Assembly: GCA_016208875.1 (NCBI GenBank)
Contig: JACQXD010000141.1
Span: 1 to 42,660, forward strand
Source of the DNA: Nitrospirota bacterium
Lineage (GTDB): Bacteria > Nitrospirota > Thermodesulfovibrionia > Thermodesulfovibrionales > UBA1546
Direction: 5' to 3'
Length of the DNA: 42,660 nt
Numbering within the stretch: position 1 is the first letter of the stretch; the number at the start of each line of letters is the position of its first letter. Under the pieces are notes generated by a model. It had not been told where the DNA came from. It saw only the letters and a program-made list of their open reading frames with translations, and searched no databases. This document shows positions 17,636-26,941 of this stretch, piece by piece. The position numbers were made by a program, and so were the translations under genes.

Positions 17636-18001
17636 ATGGGACTCACTGTATTAGAGATCGAGGTAGGAAATCCTGCAAACCCCGAGATAACCGAAAAGGT
17701 CGAGTTTCTAATAGACTCGGGCGCGATTTATTCAGTAGTTCCTACGCCTATTTTAGAAAGACTTGGAATTAAACCTTTAGCAGAGCAGGAATTCAGATTG
17801 GCAAATGGTACAAAGATTGTCCGCAAAAAAGGTATTGCACTTTTTAAATATGGTGATAAGATCGGTGGGGCGGATGTAATCTTCGGCGAAGAAGGCGACA
17901 GTCAATTGCTTGGAGCTTTTACACTGGAGGCACTTGGCCTGTCGCTTGATCCTTTGAAACGAGAATTAAGACCGCTGCCTATGATTCTTGCAGGGTTCTG
18001 A
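17636..18001 (+). CDS. Retropepsin-like (clan AA) aspartyl protease
   Basis: Start at ATG 17636 (AAGGAGG 17624-17630), because the tracked 5' end lies in repeat C2. It has FLIDSGA (DSG active-site motif), is small, and has a GAFTLEALGL tail. Confidence 0.7.
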   Translation: MGLTVLEIEVGNPANPEITEKVEFLIDSGAIYSVVPTPILERLGIKPLAEQEFRLANGTKIVRKKGIALFKYGDKIGGADVIFGEEGDSQLLGAFTLEALGLSLDPLKRELRPLPMILAGF

Positions 18002-18040
18002 AGTTTAAAGAACGGGCTCGGATAAAGGAGATTTGATATT

Positions 18041-18241
18041 ATGGGACATATGGTGGAAAAATATGAAACACAGACACTTATCAGAAAACAATTGGAACCG
18101 ATGGTTGGTGCAAGGTGGCGTGACAGAGAGGAACTTATTCGTATTGTTAAAAAGCAAGATAGAATAAGAGAAAGGCTAACTAAAAAACTAAAACCTTCGG
18201 ATAGCACAGAATTTATACGAAAATGGAGAGACGGCAGATGA
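18041..18241 (+). CDS. vapB: VapB-like antitoxin
   Basis: 66 aa. Its stop overlaps the start of the PIN gene (ATGA). The C-terminal DSTEFIRKWRDGR resembles antitoxins paired with PIN toxins. Confidence 0.6.
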   Translation: MGHMVEKYETQTLIRKQLEPMVGARWRDREELIRIVKKQDRIRERLTKKLKPSDSTEFIRKWRDGR

Positions 18242-18645
18242 AGGTGCTTGATGCGTCTGTAATTGTAAAGTGGTATAAGGATGAAAGGGAATCGGATAAG
18301 GCATTAGGGATAAGGGATGGTTTTGTTAATGGTAATTATGATTTAGCAGAACCGGACTTGATCCTTTATGAACTTGCAAATACCATCCGCTTTTCAGAGG
18401 GAAGCGAGGAAAACGATATCAAGGATGTTCTTGAGAATTTTTCGGCAATGGGACTGGAAATAATCGTCCCGACTATAACTTTATTGAAAAATGCCGCAGC
18501 TACCTCCTACAAATTTCAAATATCTATTTATGATGCAGTATATGTTGCCCTGGCAAAGAGTTTAGATGCTGAGTTTGTTACTGCTGATAAAAGGCTTTAT
18601 CAAAAAGTGAAAGGTACCAAAGGAATTATAATTAAGGAATTATAA
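18238..18645 (+). CDS. vapC: PIN-domain toxin
   Basis: MKVLDASVIVKWY (first acidic residue), LAEPDLILYELANT and FVTADKRL are typical PIN motifs. Confidence 0.8.
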   Translation: MKVLDASVIVKWYKDERESDKALGIRDGFVNGNYDLAEPDLILYELANTIRFSEGSEENDIKDVLENFSAMGLEIIVPTITLLKNAAATSYKFQISIYDAVYVALAKSLDAEFVTADKRLYQKVKGTKGIIIKEL

Positions 18646-18714
18646 TTTTGGATAGCTGGAAGGAGATTGCATAAAATCATGGAAAGCAATAAATGGTTGA
18701 TTAAGGGACGAATT

Positions 18715-21700
18715 ATGAGAAAATTAATCTGCCATTTTATAGCCATTTTTTTGATATTATTCTTTCCACTTCTAACATTTTCGTCGCCAATAGACCAGTT
18801 GCAGAACAATCATTTACCGGGCAATAAATTTCTTTCAGACAAAGATGGGAATCTTTATATATTTAACCAAAACAACTTGTACATGAAATCCAATACCTTG
18901 GGTGATGTTTGGGGCAAAAAAGTTTCTGATATTAGAACAGCATCAATTGACCCAACAGACTCTAAAATCATATATGTTGTTAGAACTAACGGGTCAATTG
19001 AAAAGACTGTTGATGGAGGGAAAGAGTGGATAAAAATTGATAATGGGTTACCTGTTAAAAAGGGGCTTATTTTTGTTAATCCTCACGATAATCGAGAAGT
19101 ATTTTTAACATCTGGTGAAGGGTTATATAGATCAAAAGATTCAGGATTAAGTTGGGACATCGTGAATCTCAAGGAGGGTGTAAGAATTTTTTTTATTAAT
19201 CCCAAGAATAAGTCAATTTTTTATGCGTTAGCTGAAAAAGGATTATATTCCAGTAAGGATGCCGGGCTAACATGGAGCAGGATTGATAATACACTGCCAC
19301 ATATAACGCTAAAAGAGAAAGGTAGGACTGCTAAAAAAGTGCCTCTCAGTGTTAGAGCAATTACTTACGCTAACTATGCGAAACCTTTTCTCATGGCTAT
19401 TGCAAGCGATTCTGAAAAAAATCAGCTTCGATTATTTAAAACTGAAAATAATGGGGTCTCATGGAGTGAGGCTAAATGTCCAGAGCCCGCTTGGGAGTTC
19501 GATTCAATTTATGTCGAGGACAGGGCAGTATTCCTCGGAGGGCGGAATGTTATTTATAAATCCAAGGACGGCGTTAATTGGGAGAAGATTGATTTAGCAA
19601 AGAATGGCATAAATGAAAGCGTAAAAAGTATCACTAAGGATAAAGAAGGGAAAGGGCTATTAATAGCCACGGCTTCAGGCAAGACACTTCGTATAGATGA
19701 TAATGGGAATGTGATAGGAGGAGAGAAAGCAGAAAAGCCGATTCCGGGTGATTTGGTGGATACGGAGCCGTTATACCAAATCTGCTCTTCACAGTATTCA
19801 TCTGCATGTGGAGGTGGTGGAATATATTCTGTGGTTATCGATAAAGATAATAATTATACTTATATCGGCCAAAACGATACTAAATTTAATGAACCTAGCG
19901 ATTGTTCAACTTATATTTTTAAACTTTCGTCGTGGGAAAAGGCAGGGGTGATACCTTGTAAAATACAAAAAGGTCAAGCGATGAAGTTAACTTTAAGTCC
20001 CGATAATCGTTATATTGCAGTTATTAACAAATCAGGGAAAATAATTGTTTTAGAAAAAGACACTTGGAAAATTCAATATGAATCCCCCATTGAAAATGTA
20101 AAGGATGTTGCTTTTAGTCCTGATGGTCAATTCTTAGCATTTGCGGATAATTATAAAATTTATATATTACATATAACACAGTGGAAAGAAGTTAAGGTAC
20201 TATTTTATCAGGATGAAATCAGGATATTTACTTTTAGCAAAGATGGAAAATATTTAGTTGTCGGAAGTGATTTTAATCCACAAAAAGACCGCACTAATTT
20301 ATACATTTATGAAGCATTAACATGGAAAGAGGTATATAGAGATAGATCACCTGATAATGATGCAACTAGCCAGATCAGTTCGATGGAATTTGATAATACC
20401 GGAAAATTGTTTTTTGTAAGATATCTTAATGGAACTATACAAGCGTATGATAAAACATGGACAAAGAAAATAGTAGGGAACTTTGGAAACTTTAAGTATC
20501 GATACGGCTCTGATGAGGTTGCTAAGCTTAAAATTGATACTGAAAATAACTATTTAATTACATGGGGAACTTATAAAGAAGACGTTAGATTTACTGATTT
20601 GAATACAATGCATGAGGTTCAATCAATTAAAGGATTATGGCCATATACATTTAATAAATATTTTTTAATTTCAAGTTTTTCTAAAGATATAGGTTATAGT
20701 GGAGTTTGTCCAAGAGGAATAGAATATTTAGTTGCTATTGATATAAGCCATCTTACTTCTTTTTACCTCTCAAGGACTTTACGTAATTTTGGTTTTAAAG
20801 AACAGGCAAATATTTTATCTGTCCGTTCTCAAGAAATCGAAACCAATTTTCAAAATAAGCTAAAAGCCATTCAAAAAGAGCGGGATGATGCATTGGCAAA
20901 ACTCGAAAGCACTAAAAAAGACGAATTTGAGACCGAGGTTGAATATAAAAATCGCATTGCTCAAAGAGATTCTAAAATCAAAGAAATCAACCAAACCTAT
21001 GAAGACAGCCACCTTGCCCTCCGCCGTGAAAGGACAAACAAGCGAATTGAATTGCTCGACCAGTACGAGAAGGAATTGGACAGCTTATTGCTCACAACAC
21101 GAAAGCCTATAAAAGGCTTAACTTTATCCGTTAAGGAATATAATGCCGATATTGAAACCTTTCCAATCTCATTTAATGAAAATGGTGCTGAATTTTTCAG
21201 CGGTTATGTAAAAGTTCTAAGGGATAATGCAAAAAACTTTAAAAACAATTGCGATAAATTCCAAGTTTTAGGAGAAACACAGTTGGATAGAACTGGAAGA
21301 ATAAAACTCGTTGATACTTCCATAAAAGACCCCGAGACAGGAAAAGAATATCCTGTCACGAATCCACCTTTGTGGGGTTGTCGCTTTGATGAAAATGGGA
21401 GGCATATGAGATACTTTAAATATCTTCTCATTGTCCTGTTTCTATTAGCAGGTTTAGGCTGTGAAAAGTACCCTGAAAACTACGGCATATATGTATATGC
21501 CAATACGGATAACGGTCTTCTAACTCTTAAAAGCCAAAAAGTGAGCTTTGTCGGAAACCTTTTCATGTCAATAACAGGGCTTAAAAGTGCATCGGGGACT
21601 CAGTGTAATTCCGTAAAAAACTTTATAGTGTTTGAAAAGGATATTAACCCTAAATCCGTAAGAATTTCAAAGCTTGAATTTAAGAAAGGCGGATATGTTG

Positions 21701-22293
21701 ATAATCCATTCGGCAATACATATGTTGACGTTAATCTTTGGACTGCTGCTAAACATATAGATTTTGACATATCGCCGATTGAAGGTAAAAAGGATATGTA
21801 TAAGTTGACACCTAAAGAAAAACTGCCAGAGGGGTTTTATGCCGTACATTTTGGTGCATTGGAAAATATCTCGACGATAGAAGCTTCTATAGGCAATATT
21901 GCATTTGACTTTGTAATAGGTAATAGTGATGATTATCAAAGTTATGAAATAATCAAAAAGCGAAACGAAGAAAAGTTCAAATCCGAAGCTGAAACTCTCT
22001 TAAAGGCAATGAACACATATTTCAACAATAAGGATTACAGTAAGATAAAGGAAATTTACAGACCAGATGGCAGGACTTTTTCTGATTCCGAGTGGCAGGA
22101 TTTTACCAAAGGCCTGGCGACATGGCTTAATGATGCTGGTAAAATAAAAGAATCGAAGATTGTTACCTCAAGCGTGAGTGAAGATTCCGGAACATTTGAA
22201 GTTCAGACGGTCTATGAGAAAAAGGGGCAGCAGAACGAAAAACTGGTGGTACGAAAAATAGGGCAGAATTATTTCATAACATCACTTGAATGA
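18715..22293 (+). CDS. Large exported multidomain protein: BNR/Asp-box propeller, WD40/TolB-like propeller, coiled coil, internal hydrophobic/lipobox-like segment, C-terminal domain
   Basis: Signal peptide MRKLICHFIAIFLILFFPLLTFSSP (alternative start 18679). Asp-box motifs are TVDGGKEW, SKDSGLSW, SKDAGLTW, TENNGVSW and SKDGVNWE. Propeller-like motifs are LSPDNRYIAV, FSPDGQFLAF and FSKDGKYLVV. The coiled coil is around KLKAIQKERDDALAKLE. The internal MRYFKYLLIVLFLLAGLGC starts at nt 21406. Confidence 0.65.
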   Translation: MRKLICHFIAIFLILFFPLLTFSSPIDQLQNNHLPGNKFLSDKDGNLYIFNQNNLYMKSNTLGDVWGKKVSDIRTASIDPTDSKIIYVVRTNGSIEKTVDGGKEWIKIDNGLPVKKGLIFVNPHDNREVFLTSGEGLYRSKDSGLSWDIVNLKEGVRIFFINPKNKSIFYALAEKGLYSSKDAGLTWSRIDNTLPHITLKEKGRTAKKVPLSVRAITYANYAKPFLMAIASDSEKNQLRLFKTENNGVSWSEAKCPEPAWEFDSIYVEDRAVFLGGRNVIYKSKDGVNWEKIDLAKNGINESVKSITKDKEGKGLLIATASGKTLRIDDNGNVIGGEKAEKPIPGDLVDTEPLYQICSSQYSSACGGGGIYSVVIDKDNNYTYIGQNDTKFNEPSDCSTYIFKLSSWEKAGVIPCKIQKGQAMKLTLSPDNRYIAVINKSGKIIVLEKDTWKIQYESPIENVKDVAFSPDGQFLAFADNYKIYILHITQWKEVKVLFYQDEIRIFTFSKDGKYLVVGSDFNPQKDRTNLYIYEALTWKEVYRDRSPDNDATSQISSMEFDNTGKLFFVRYLNGTIQAYDKTWTKKIVGNFGNFKYRYGSDEVAKLKIDTENNYLITWGTYKEDVRFTDLNTMHEVQSIKGLWPYTFNKYFLISSFSKDIGYSGVCPRGIEYLVAIDISHLTSFYLSRTLRNFGFKEQANILSVRSQEIETNFQNKLKAIQKERDDALAKLESTKKDEFETEVEYKNRIAQRDSKIKEINQTYEDSHLALRRERTNKRIELLDQYEKELDSLLLTTRKPIKGLTLSVKEYNADIETFPISFNENGAEFFSGYVKVLRDNAKNFKNNCDKFQVLGETQLDRTGRIKLVDTSIKDPETGKEYPVTNPPLWGCRFDENGRHMRYFKYLLIVLFLLAGLGCEKYPENYGIYVYANTDNGLLTLKSQKVSFVGNLFMSITGLKSASGTQCNSVKNFIVFEKDINPKSVRISKLEFKKGGYVDNPFGNTYVDVNLWTAAKHIDFDISPIEGKKDMYKLTPKEKLPEGFYAVHFGALENISTIEASIGNIAFDFVIGNSDDYQSYEIIKKRNEEKFKSEAETLLKAMNTYFNNKDYSKIKEIYRPDGRTFSDSEWQDFTKGLATWLNDAGKIKESKIVTSSVSEDSGTFEVQTVYEKKGQQNEKLVVRKIGQNYFITSLE

Positions 22294-22335
22294 TGGGAAT
22301 TATTAAGGAGTGCATAAGTAAGGCATCATTATCAG

Positions 22336-22408
22336 AAAATCTCCCCTCACCCCTCTTTGCCAAAGAGGGGAATCCTCCCTTTGGCAAAGGGAGGTTAGGA
22401 GGGATTTT
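22336..22408. repeat. Family B composite palindrome, copy B3 (inverted relative to B2)
   Basis: AAAATCTCCCCTCACCCCTCTTTGCCAAAGAGGGGAATCCTCCCTTTGGCAAAGGGAGGTTAGGAGGGATTTT. Confidence 0.9.
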
Positions 22409-22448
22409 ATAATCAATGTCTTCATACTTATGACCATATTAGTAAGAC

Positions 22449-22499
22449 AGGAATTCAGAAAAAAGCAAGGACTGGATTCCGCATCAAGTGCAGAATGAC
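22449..22499. repeat. Family C element, partial copy C3
   Basis: The right half CTGGATTCCGCATCAAGTGCAGAATGAC is intact. The left half is reduced to GGAATTCAG. Confidence 0.7.
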
Positions 22500-22549
22500 A
22501 ACATAAGATGTGTTAGAGGCATTACAATAAAAAAATAAAAGGAGTAAAA

Positions 22550-22897
22550 ATGCAGACAGAGATATTGACCGATAAACAATTTAAAGCCCTTTCTAAAAAT
22601 TTGATTAATACTATTGAGAAACACTATAAGATAATCCCCTTAAATAGTTTAAAAAATTTTAAGTACTCTTTAAAGATGCCAATATATATCACCATTGAGA
22701 TTGATAAGGATAAGGTCATTGCATCTCTTGATGACATAGAAGCCTTTGCCTATGCAGATACAGAGTTTGAGGCAGTCAATAATCTCTGTGATGAGATTGT
22801 TAATGTTTATGAAGATTTGAAGGCCGATAGAAAGAATCTTGGTGTATTACCCCGTAAGTGGCTGGAATATTTAGAGGATGTTATTGAGAGCAAATGA
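22550..22897 (+). CDS. Hypothetical protein, possibly HicB/UPF0150-like fold
   Basis: AAGGAG lies upstream. 115 aa. IEIDKDKVIASLDDIEAFAYADTEFEAVNNLCDEI resembles antitoxin-like alpha/beta proteins. No partner ORF is evident. Confidence 0.35.
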   Translation: MQTEILTDKQFKALSKNLINTIEKHYKIIPLNSLKNFKYSLKMPIYITIEIDKDKVIASLDDIEAFAYADTEFEAVNNLCDEIVNVYEDLKADRKNLGVLPRKWLEYLEDVIESK

Positions 22898-22927
22898 AAC
22901 ACTCATGCCTTATAAAGGCACAAAGGA

Positions 22928-23002
22928 AGATGAAAATGTCATTCCCGCAGTCCTTAAGCGGGAATCCAGAAACAAAGACACTGGATGCCCGATTAAAAAC
23001 TT
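22928..23002. repeat. Family C double-hairpin element, copy C4
   Basis: GTCATTCCCGCAGTCCTTAAGCGGGAATCCAGAAAC...CTGGATGCCCGATTAAAAACTTCGGGCATGAC. Confidence 0.8.
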
Positions 23003-23091
23003 CGGGCATGACGAAATAGAGGTATTTTCAGGTGAAAATAATTGAGATCGAGAAGATATTCAGGAGAATAAAAATTAAACAGGAGGAATAA

Positions 23092-25104
23092 ATGACAGAT
23101 ATTGTAGAGCTTACAATAGATGACAAAGAGGTTCAAGCAACTGAAGGTATGAACCTTTTAGACGCAGCAGAGATTGCAGGGATACATATACCCAATCTAT
23201 GTTATTTGAAAGGTATGCCGGGAATCGGTGCATGCAGGCTATGTCTTATTGAAGTAGAAGGCTCAAAAGCTCCTCTTATTGCCTGCAATACAAAGGTCAA
23301 AGATGGAATGATCGTAAATACGCAGTCCGAGAAAATACAGGAGACGAGGAGGTTTGTCATTGACCTTATTCTCTCGATGCATCCGTTGGACTGTATGACA
23401 TGCACAAAGGCAGGCGGCTGCAATCTGCAGAAATATGCCTATGACTTTGGGTTAAAGGAATCAACATTCACGAGAAAAAAATTCGGTTATCCGACCGATG
23501 AGGCAAACCCGTGTATAAAACGCGACCCCGAATACTGTATCTTATGCGGAAGGTGCGTAAGGGTTTGCAGACATCAGGGAACCAATGTCCTTGATTTCAT
23601 GGGAAGAGGCGTTGGGGCAAAAGTAATTACCGCTAATGATAAACCGTTGCAGGAATCATCATGCACATTCTGTGGCAGTTGCGTTGATGCATGCCCTGTT
23701 AATGCACTACTTGAGGCAGATAGGTGGAGAAAAGGAAGAGAGTGGGAATATGAAAAGGTAAATTCCGTATGCCTTCTCTGCGGAAACGGATGCGATATAA
23801 CTGTAAGCACAAAAGATGGAAGGGTCTCAAAGGTAAATGCAGGTGCCATTGAAGGCTCGGTAGAAAAGTTTATCTGTGCTTATGGCAGATTCGGATTCGA
23901 TTGTGTAGAATCCGAGACAAGGGTAACTGCACCTATGAAAAGAGTCGGGAATGAACTCAAGGAAACAACATGGGAAGATGCAGTTAACATTGTTTCGGAG
24001 AAACTTAAAACATCAGGTGCATCGGCAGGATTCATAAGCACGGCAGGAATCTTAAATGAAGACGCACTCGTTTTAAAACACCTTGCCGATATTGTAAAAA
24101 CAAAAAACCTCGATTCAACGGCGAGTCTTTATTCTGATGCCGATTCTCTGAAGAATGAGACGGCAAACCCTGAGACAGCAGACCTCATTATCCTTGTCGG
24201 CCTGAATCCGAGTCAGTGGACGAGGGTACTGCCGGCACTCGACGCGGTAATTAGAAAAAGGGTTAATTCCGGTGCAAAATTGATCGTAATAAATTCCGGA
24301 GACTCCAATATATCGTCAGTTACATCGCTTAGCCTTAAAGGAGACGAGGTAAAGATACTATCTGAAATTTCTCAGGCTATCGTATCAAAAGGGATTAAGG
24401 TACCGAAAGAGCTTGTTCATGCATTGGTATCGGTTGAGCCATCGGATGAGGCAATGAAGGCAGCAGAAATATTTACAGCGTCAAAAAATCCCCTAATATT
24501 CTCTGCACCCTCGCTTTATGATGCATCGGCAAATCTTTCATTGATTAAAGGGACGGCTATAGCGGTTCCGATAGAAAGTAATGCAAAGGGCGTTGTTATG
24601 ATGGGACTTGTTACCGAAGGAAAGTCCTACAAAGATATGGTCGGCGACGGAATGAAGGCTCTTTACGCGATAGGGGAGCTTCCTTTAAGCAAAAGACCGG
24701 ATACCGATTTTCTCATTGTCCAGAACTCTCACATGACAGAGCTTGCAAAACAGGCAGATGTAGTATTACCGTCTGCTGCATTTCTTGAGGTATCGGGGAC
24801 GATGATTGATTATCTCGGTAGGGTCAAATGTTTATGCAAGGCAGTTGAGCCGGCAGGTTCGGCAATATCTCACAGGGAGATATTTATGGAGATTGCAAAG
24901 GCACTCGGTAAGGCGATCAAGGAACCTAAAGATACGGAGATAAAGAAGGCATTAAAGACGAAAGCAAAAGTAACCTTAAAGCCGTTCAAGAAAAAAGAAG
25001 GTCTCGATGTAAATCCCGAGGAGATGACCGAATCAATAAATGCATCCGTAATTAATGGATCGAGGCTGCTATGGATCAAAGAGACTGAAAAGGCAATGGC
25101 ATAA
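23092..25104 (+). CDS. NuoG-like Fe-S subunit with a degenerate molybdopterin-oxidoreductase domain
   Basis: N-terminal [2Fe-2S] (CYLKG...GACRLCLIEVEG...ACNT), a His/Cys cluster (HPLDCMTCTKAGGC), CILCGRCVRVC and CTFCGSCVDACP, then CLLCGNGCDITV (MopB 4Fe-4S). No obvious catalytic Cys/Sec motif. Confidence 0.8.
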   Translation: MTDIVELTIDDKEVQATEGMNLLDAAEIAGIHIPNLCYLKGMPGIGACRLCLIEVEGSKAPLIACNTKVKDGMIVNTQSEKIQETRRFVIDLILSMHPLDCMTCTKAGGCNLQKYAYDFGLKESTFTRKKFGYPTDEANPCIKRDPEYCILCGRCVRVCRHQGTNVLDFMGRGVGAKVITANDKPLQESSCTFCGSCVDACPVNALLEADRWRKGREWEYEKVNSVCLLCGNGCDITVSTKDGRVSKVNAGAIEGSVEKFICAYGRFGFDCVESETRVTAPMKRVGNELKETTWEDAVNIVSEKLKTSGASAGFISTAGILNEDALVLKHLADIVKTKNLDSTASLYSDADSLKNETANPETADLIILVGLNPSQWTRVLPALDAVIRKRVNSGAKLIVINSGDSNISSVTSLSLKGDEVKILSEISQAIVSKGIKVPKELVHALVSVEPSDEAMKAAEIFTASKNPLIFSAPSLYDASANLSLIKGTAIAVPIESNAKGVVMMGLVTEGKSYKDMVGDGMKALYAIGELPLSKRPDTDFLIVQNSHMTELAKQADVVLPSAAFLEVSGTMIDYLGRVKCLCKAVEPAGSAISHREIFMEIAKALGKAIKEPKDTEIKKALKTKAKVTLKPFKKKEGLDVNPEEMTESINASVINGSRLLWIKETEKAMA

Positions 25105-25215
25105 AACCGGTCAGGCAGATGTTAAAGAAGATTTTTGAGTAAAGTTATGATGACCGCTTCTATATTTTGAACTTTGATTTGTAATTTTAAATTTTGCTCT
25201 TTGAAGTTTAAATTT

Positions 25216-26196
25216 TTAACTATGCCTTCTTCTATACGCCCTTACCTCCGCTTTTATAGTATCCGCTCCCGATGCCTCTTCATCTCTTATCGCCTTGCCC
25301 GTAAGTTTTAGAAAAACATCATTCAGGGTCGGTCTCTGAAGACTTACGGAAAGGACACTATCTCCGAGCGTCCTTATAAGTTCGGGGATACACGCATCAC
25401 CTTTAACCGTAGATATAAAAAGCTCGCCGTCCCTTATAGATGCATCGAGATCCAACGTCTTTTTGATAGTGTCCCTTGCCAACACGTTATCCCTCGTTTT
25501 CAAATATATAACATCGCCACCCACTATCTTCTTTAGTTTCTCCGGGCTGCCTCCGGCAATAATCTTCCCGTTATCAATTATCGCTATATCGTCACAAACC
25601 TCTGCCTCTTCCATATAATGGGTCGTCATAAATATCGTAACACTATGTCTTCTGGGAAGCTCTGTAATAAATTCCCACAGATTGGTTCTGCTCTGCGGGT
25701 CCAGGCCTAATGTAGGTTCATCGAGGAAGAGTACTTTCGGACGATGGATCAAGCCCCTTGCAACTTCAAGCCTCCTTTTCATACCGCCTGAAAATTTTTT
25801 TACAAGGTCGTTCTTTCTGTCAAACAGATCAACAAGCCTCAATACATCGTCAACCCTCTTTCTCCGCTCGCCTTTCTCGACGTTATAGAGATAGGCATGG
25901 AACAGCAGGTTCTCTTCAGCCGTAAGGTCTTTGTCGAGCGTGGTGTCCTGAAACACTATACCGATGGATTTTCTGACGGATGAAGATTCCCTCATACAAT
26001 CGTGTCCATTTATAAATGCCTTTCCGGATGTCGGAGATAACAAAGCACAGAGAATATTTATCGTAGTCGTTTTGCCTGCACCATTCGGACCGAGAAAACC
26101 GAATATCGTACCATCATCTACTTCAAACGATACATCATTTACGGCAGTTATATTCCCGAATCTCTTAACGAGATTTTCAACCCTGATTATCGGCAT
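25216..26196 (-). CDS. ABC transporter ATP-binding protein (ABC-2/DrrA type)
   Basis: Walker A GPNGAGKTT, signature FSGGMKRRLEVA, Walker B VLFLDEPTLGLD. Confidence 0.9.
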   Translation of the reverse strand: MPIIRVENLVKRFGNITAVNDVSFEVDDGTIFGFLGPNGAGKTTTINILCALLSPTSGKAFINGHDCMRESSSVRKSIGIVFQDTTLDKDLTAEENLLFHAYLYNVEKGERRKRVDDVLRLVDLFDRKNDLVKKFSGGMKRRLEVARGLIHRPKVLFLDEPTLGLDPQSRTNLWEFITELPRRHSVTIFMTTHYMEEAEVCDDIAIIDNGKIIAGGSPEKLKKIVGGDVIYLKTRDNVLARDTIKKTLDLDASIRDGELFISTVKGDACIPELIRTLGDSVLSVSLQRPTLNDVFLKLTGKAIRDEEASGADTIKAEVRAYRRRHS

Positions 26197-26210
26197 ATAA
26201 ACCTACTTTC

Positions 26211-26624
26211 TCATTTCGGCCAGATTTCGAATGTCCTTTTGCCATGGATACGATACGCATTAAAACCTCTTAAATCCAGTGTAAAAATTTCGTTTATATC
26301 CGCATCTTCCGCAAAGGCAACAAGAGTTGCGTCTGCAAAATCCATTGGGATATCCTTATATTTTTCCATCAAAGTAATTGCCCTTGAAAGGCTTGCCGCC
26401 GATTGAGGGACCAAAGCAGCACCCCCCTTTAGTATGAAGTCAATACAGTTTTTCTCGGCAATAATAGAAGGGCCAAGCAAGTAGAGGGTTTCTGTAAGTA
26501 CCGGCTCGGTTGTAAAAATCTCACCCTTAAAACTCCTGAAGAAATCAACACATCGCTCATAACTATCCTCACTCTTATCGAGAAGGGCAACAAAAGCGCC
26601 TGTGTCCAAAAGGAGATTACGCAT
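26211..26624 (-). CDS. vapC: PIN-domain toxin
   Basis: MRNLLLDTGAFVALLD...; 137 aa; overlaps the upstream antitoxin gene by 8 nt. Confidence 0.8.
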   Translation of the reverse strand: MRNLLLDTGAFVALLDKSEDSYERCVDFFRSFKGEIFTTEPVLTETLYLLGPSIIAEKNCIDFILKGGAALVPQSAASLSRAITLMEKYKDIPMDFADATLVAFAEDADINEIFTLDLRGFNAYRIHGKRTFEIWPK

Positions 26625-26877
26625 GCCTTTTTATCTTTTTAATGATATGTTTTCTATGATTTTGTCCAAGGTCCGGAATCCCGCTCGACACAGAACCCAG
26701 AAGATTTTTCACTCTTTCATACGGAGCTATTTCCTCACCTATCCGATATCCCCCTTCTAAAAAGCTTTTTAGAGCCATTCTTACAATATCCGAACGTTTA
26801 AGACGAAGTCTTTTTGCACAATTTGAAACCTCTCTGTCAAGATCACCGGACAATCTTACAGTTAATTGAGACTGCAT
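26617..26877 (-). CDS. vapB: Ribbon-helix-helix (CopG-like) antitoxin
   Basis: Start at ATG 26877, 5 nt after a GGAGG that overlaps the tracked ATG 26889. QLTVRLSGDLDREVSNCAKRLRLKRSDIVRMALKSFLE is an RHH pattern. Confidence 0.75.
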   Translation of the reverse strand: MQSQLTVRLSGDLDREVSNCAKRLRLKRSDIVRMALKSFLEGGYRIGEEIAPYERVKNLLGSVSSGIPDLGQNHRKHIIKKIKRHA

Positions 26878-26912
26878 ATGTACCTCCATCCGACTCTTAC
26901 TTTATGCATTTT

Positions 26913-26941
26913 ATTGTAGTGCGTTGCATTGCATAAGTCAA
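26913..26941 (-). promoter_or_regulatory. Sigma70-type promoter of the RHH-PIN(-ABC) unit
   Basis: On the - strand: TTGACT (26941-26936), 17-nt spacer, TACAAT (26918-26913). The spacer contains the near-palindrome TGCAATGCA. Confidence 0.6.
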
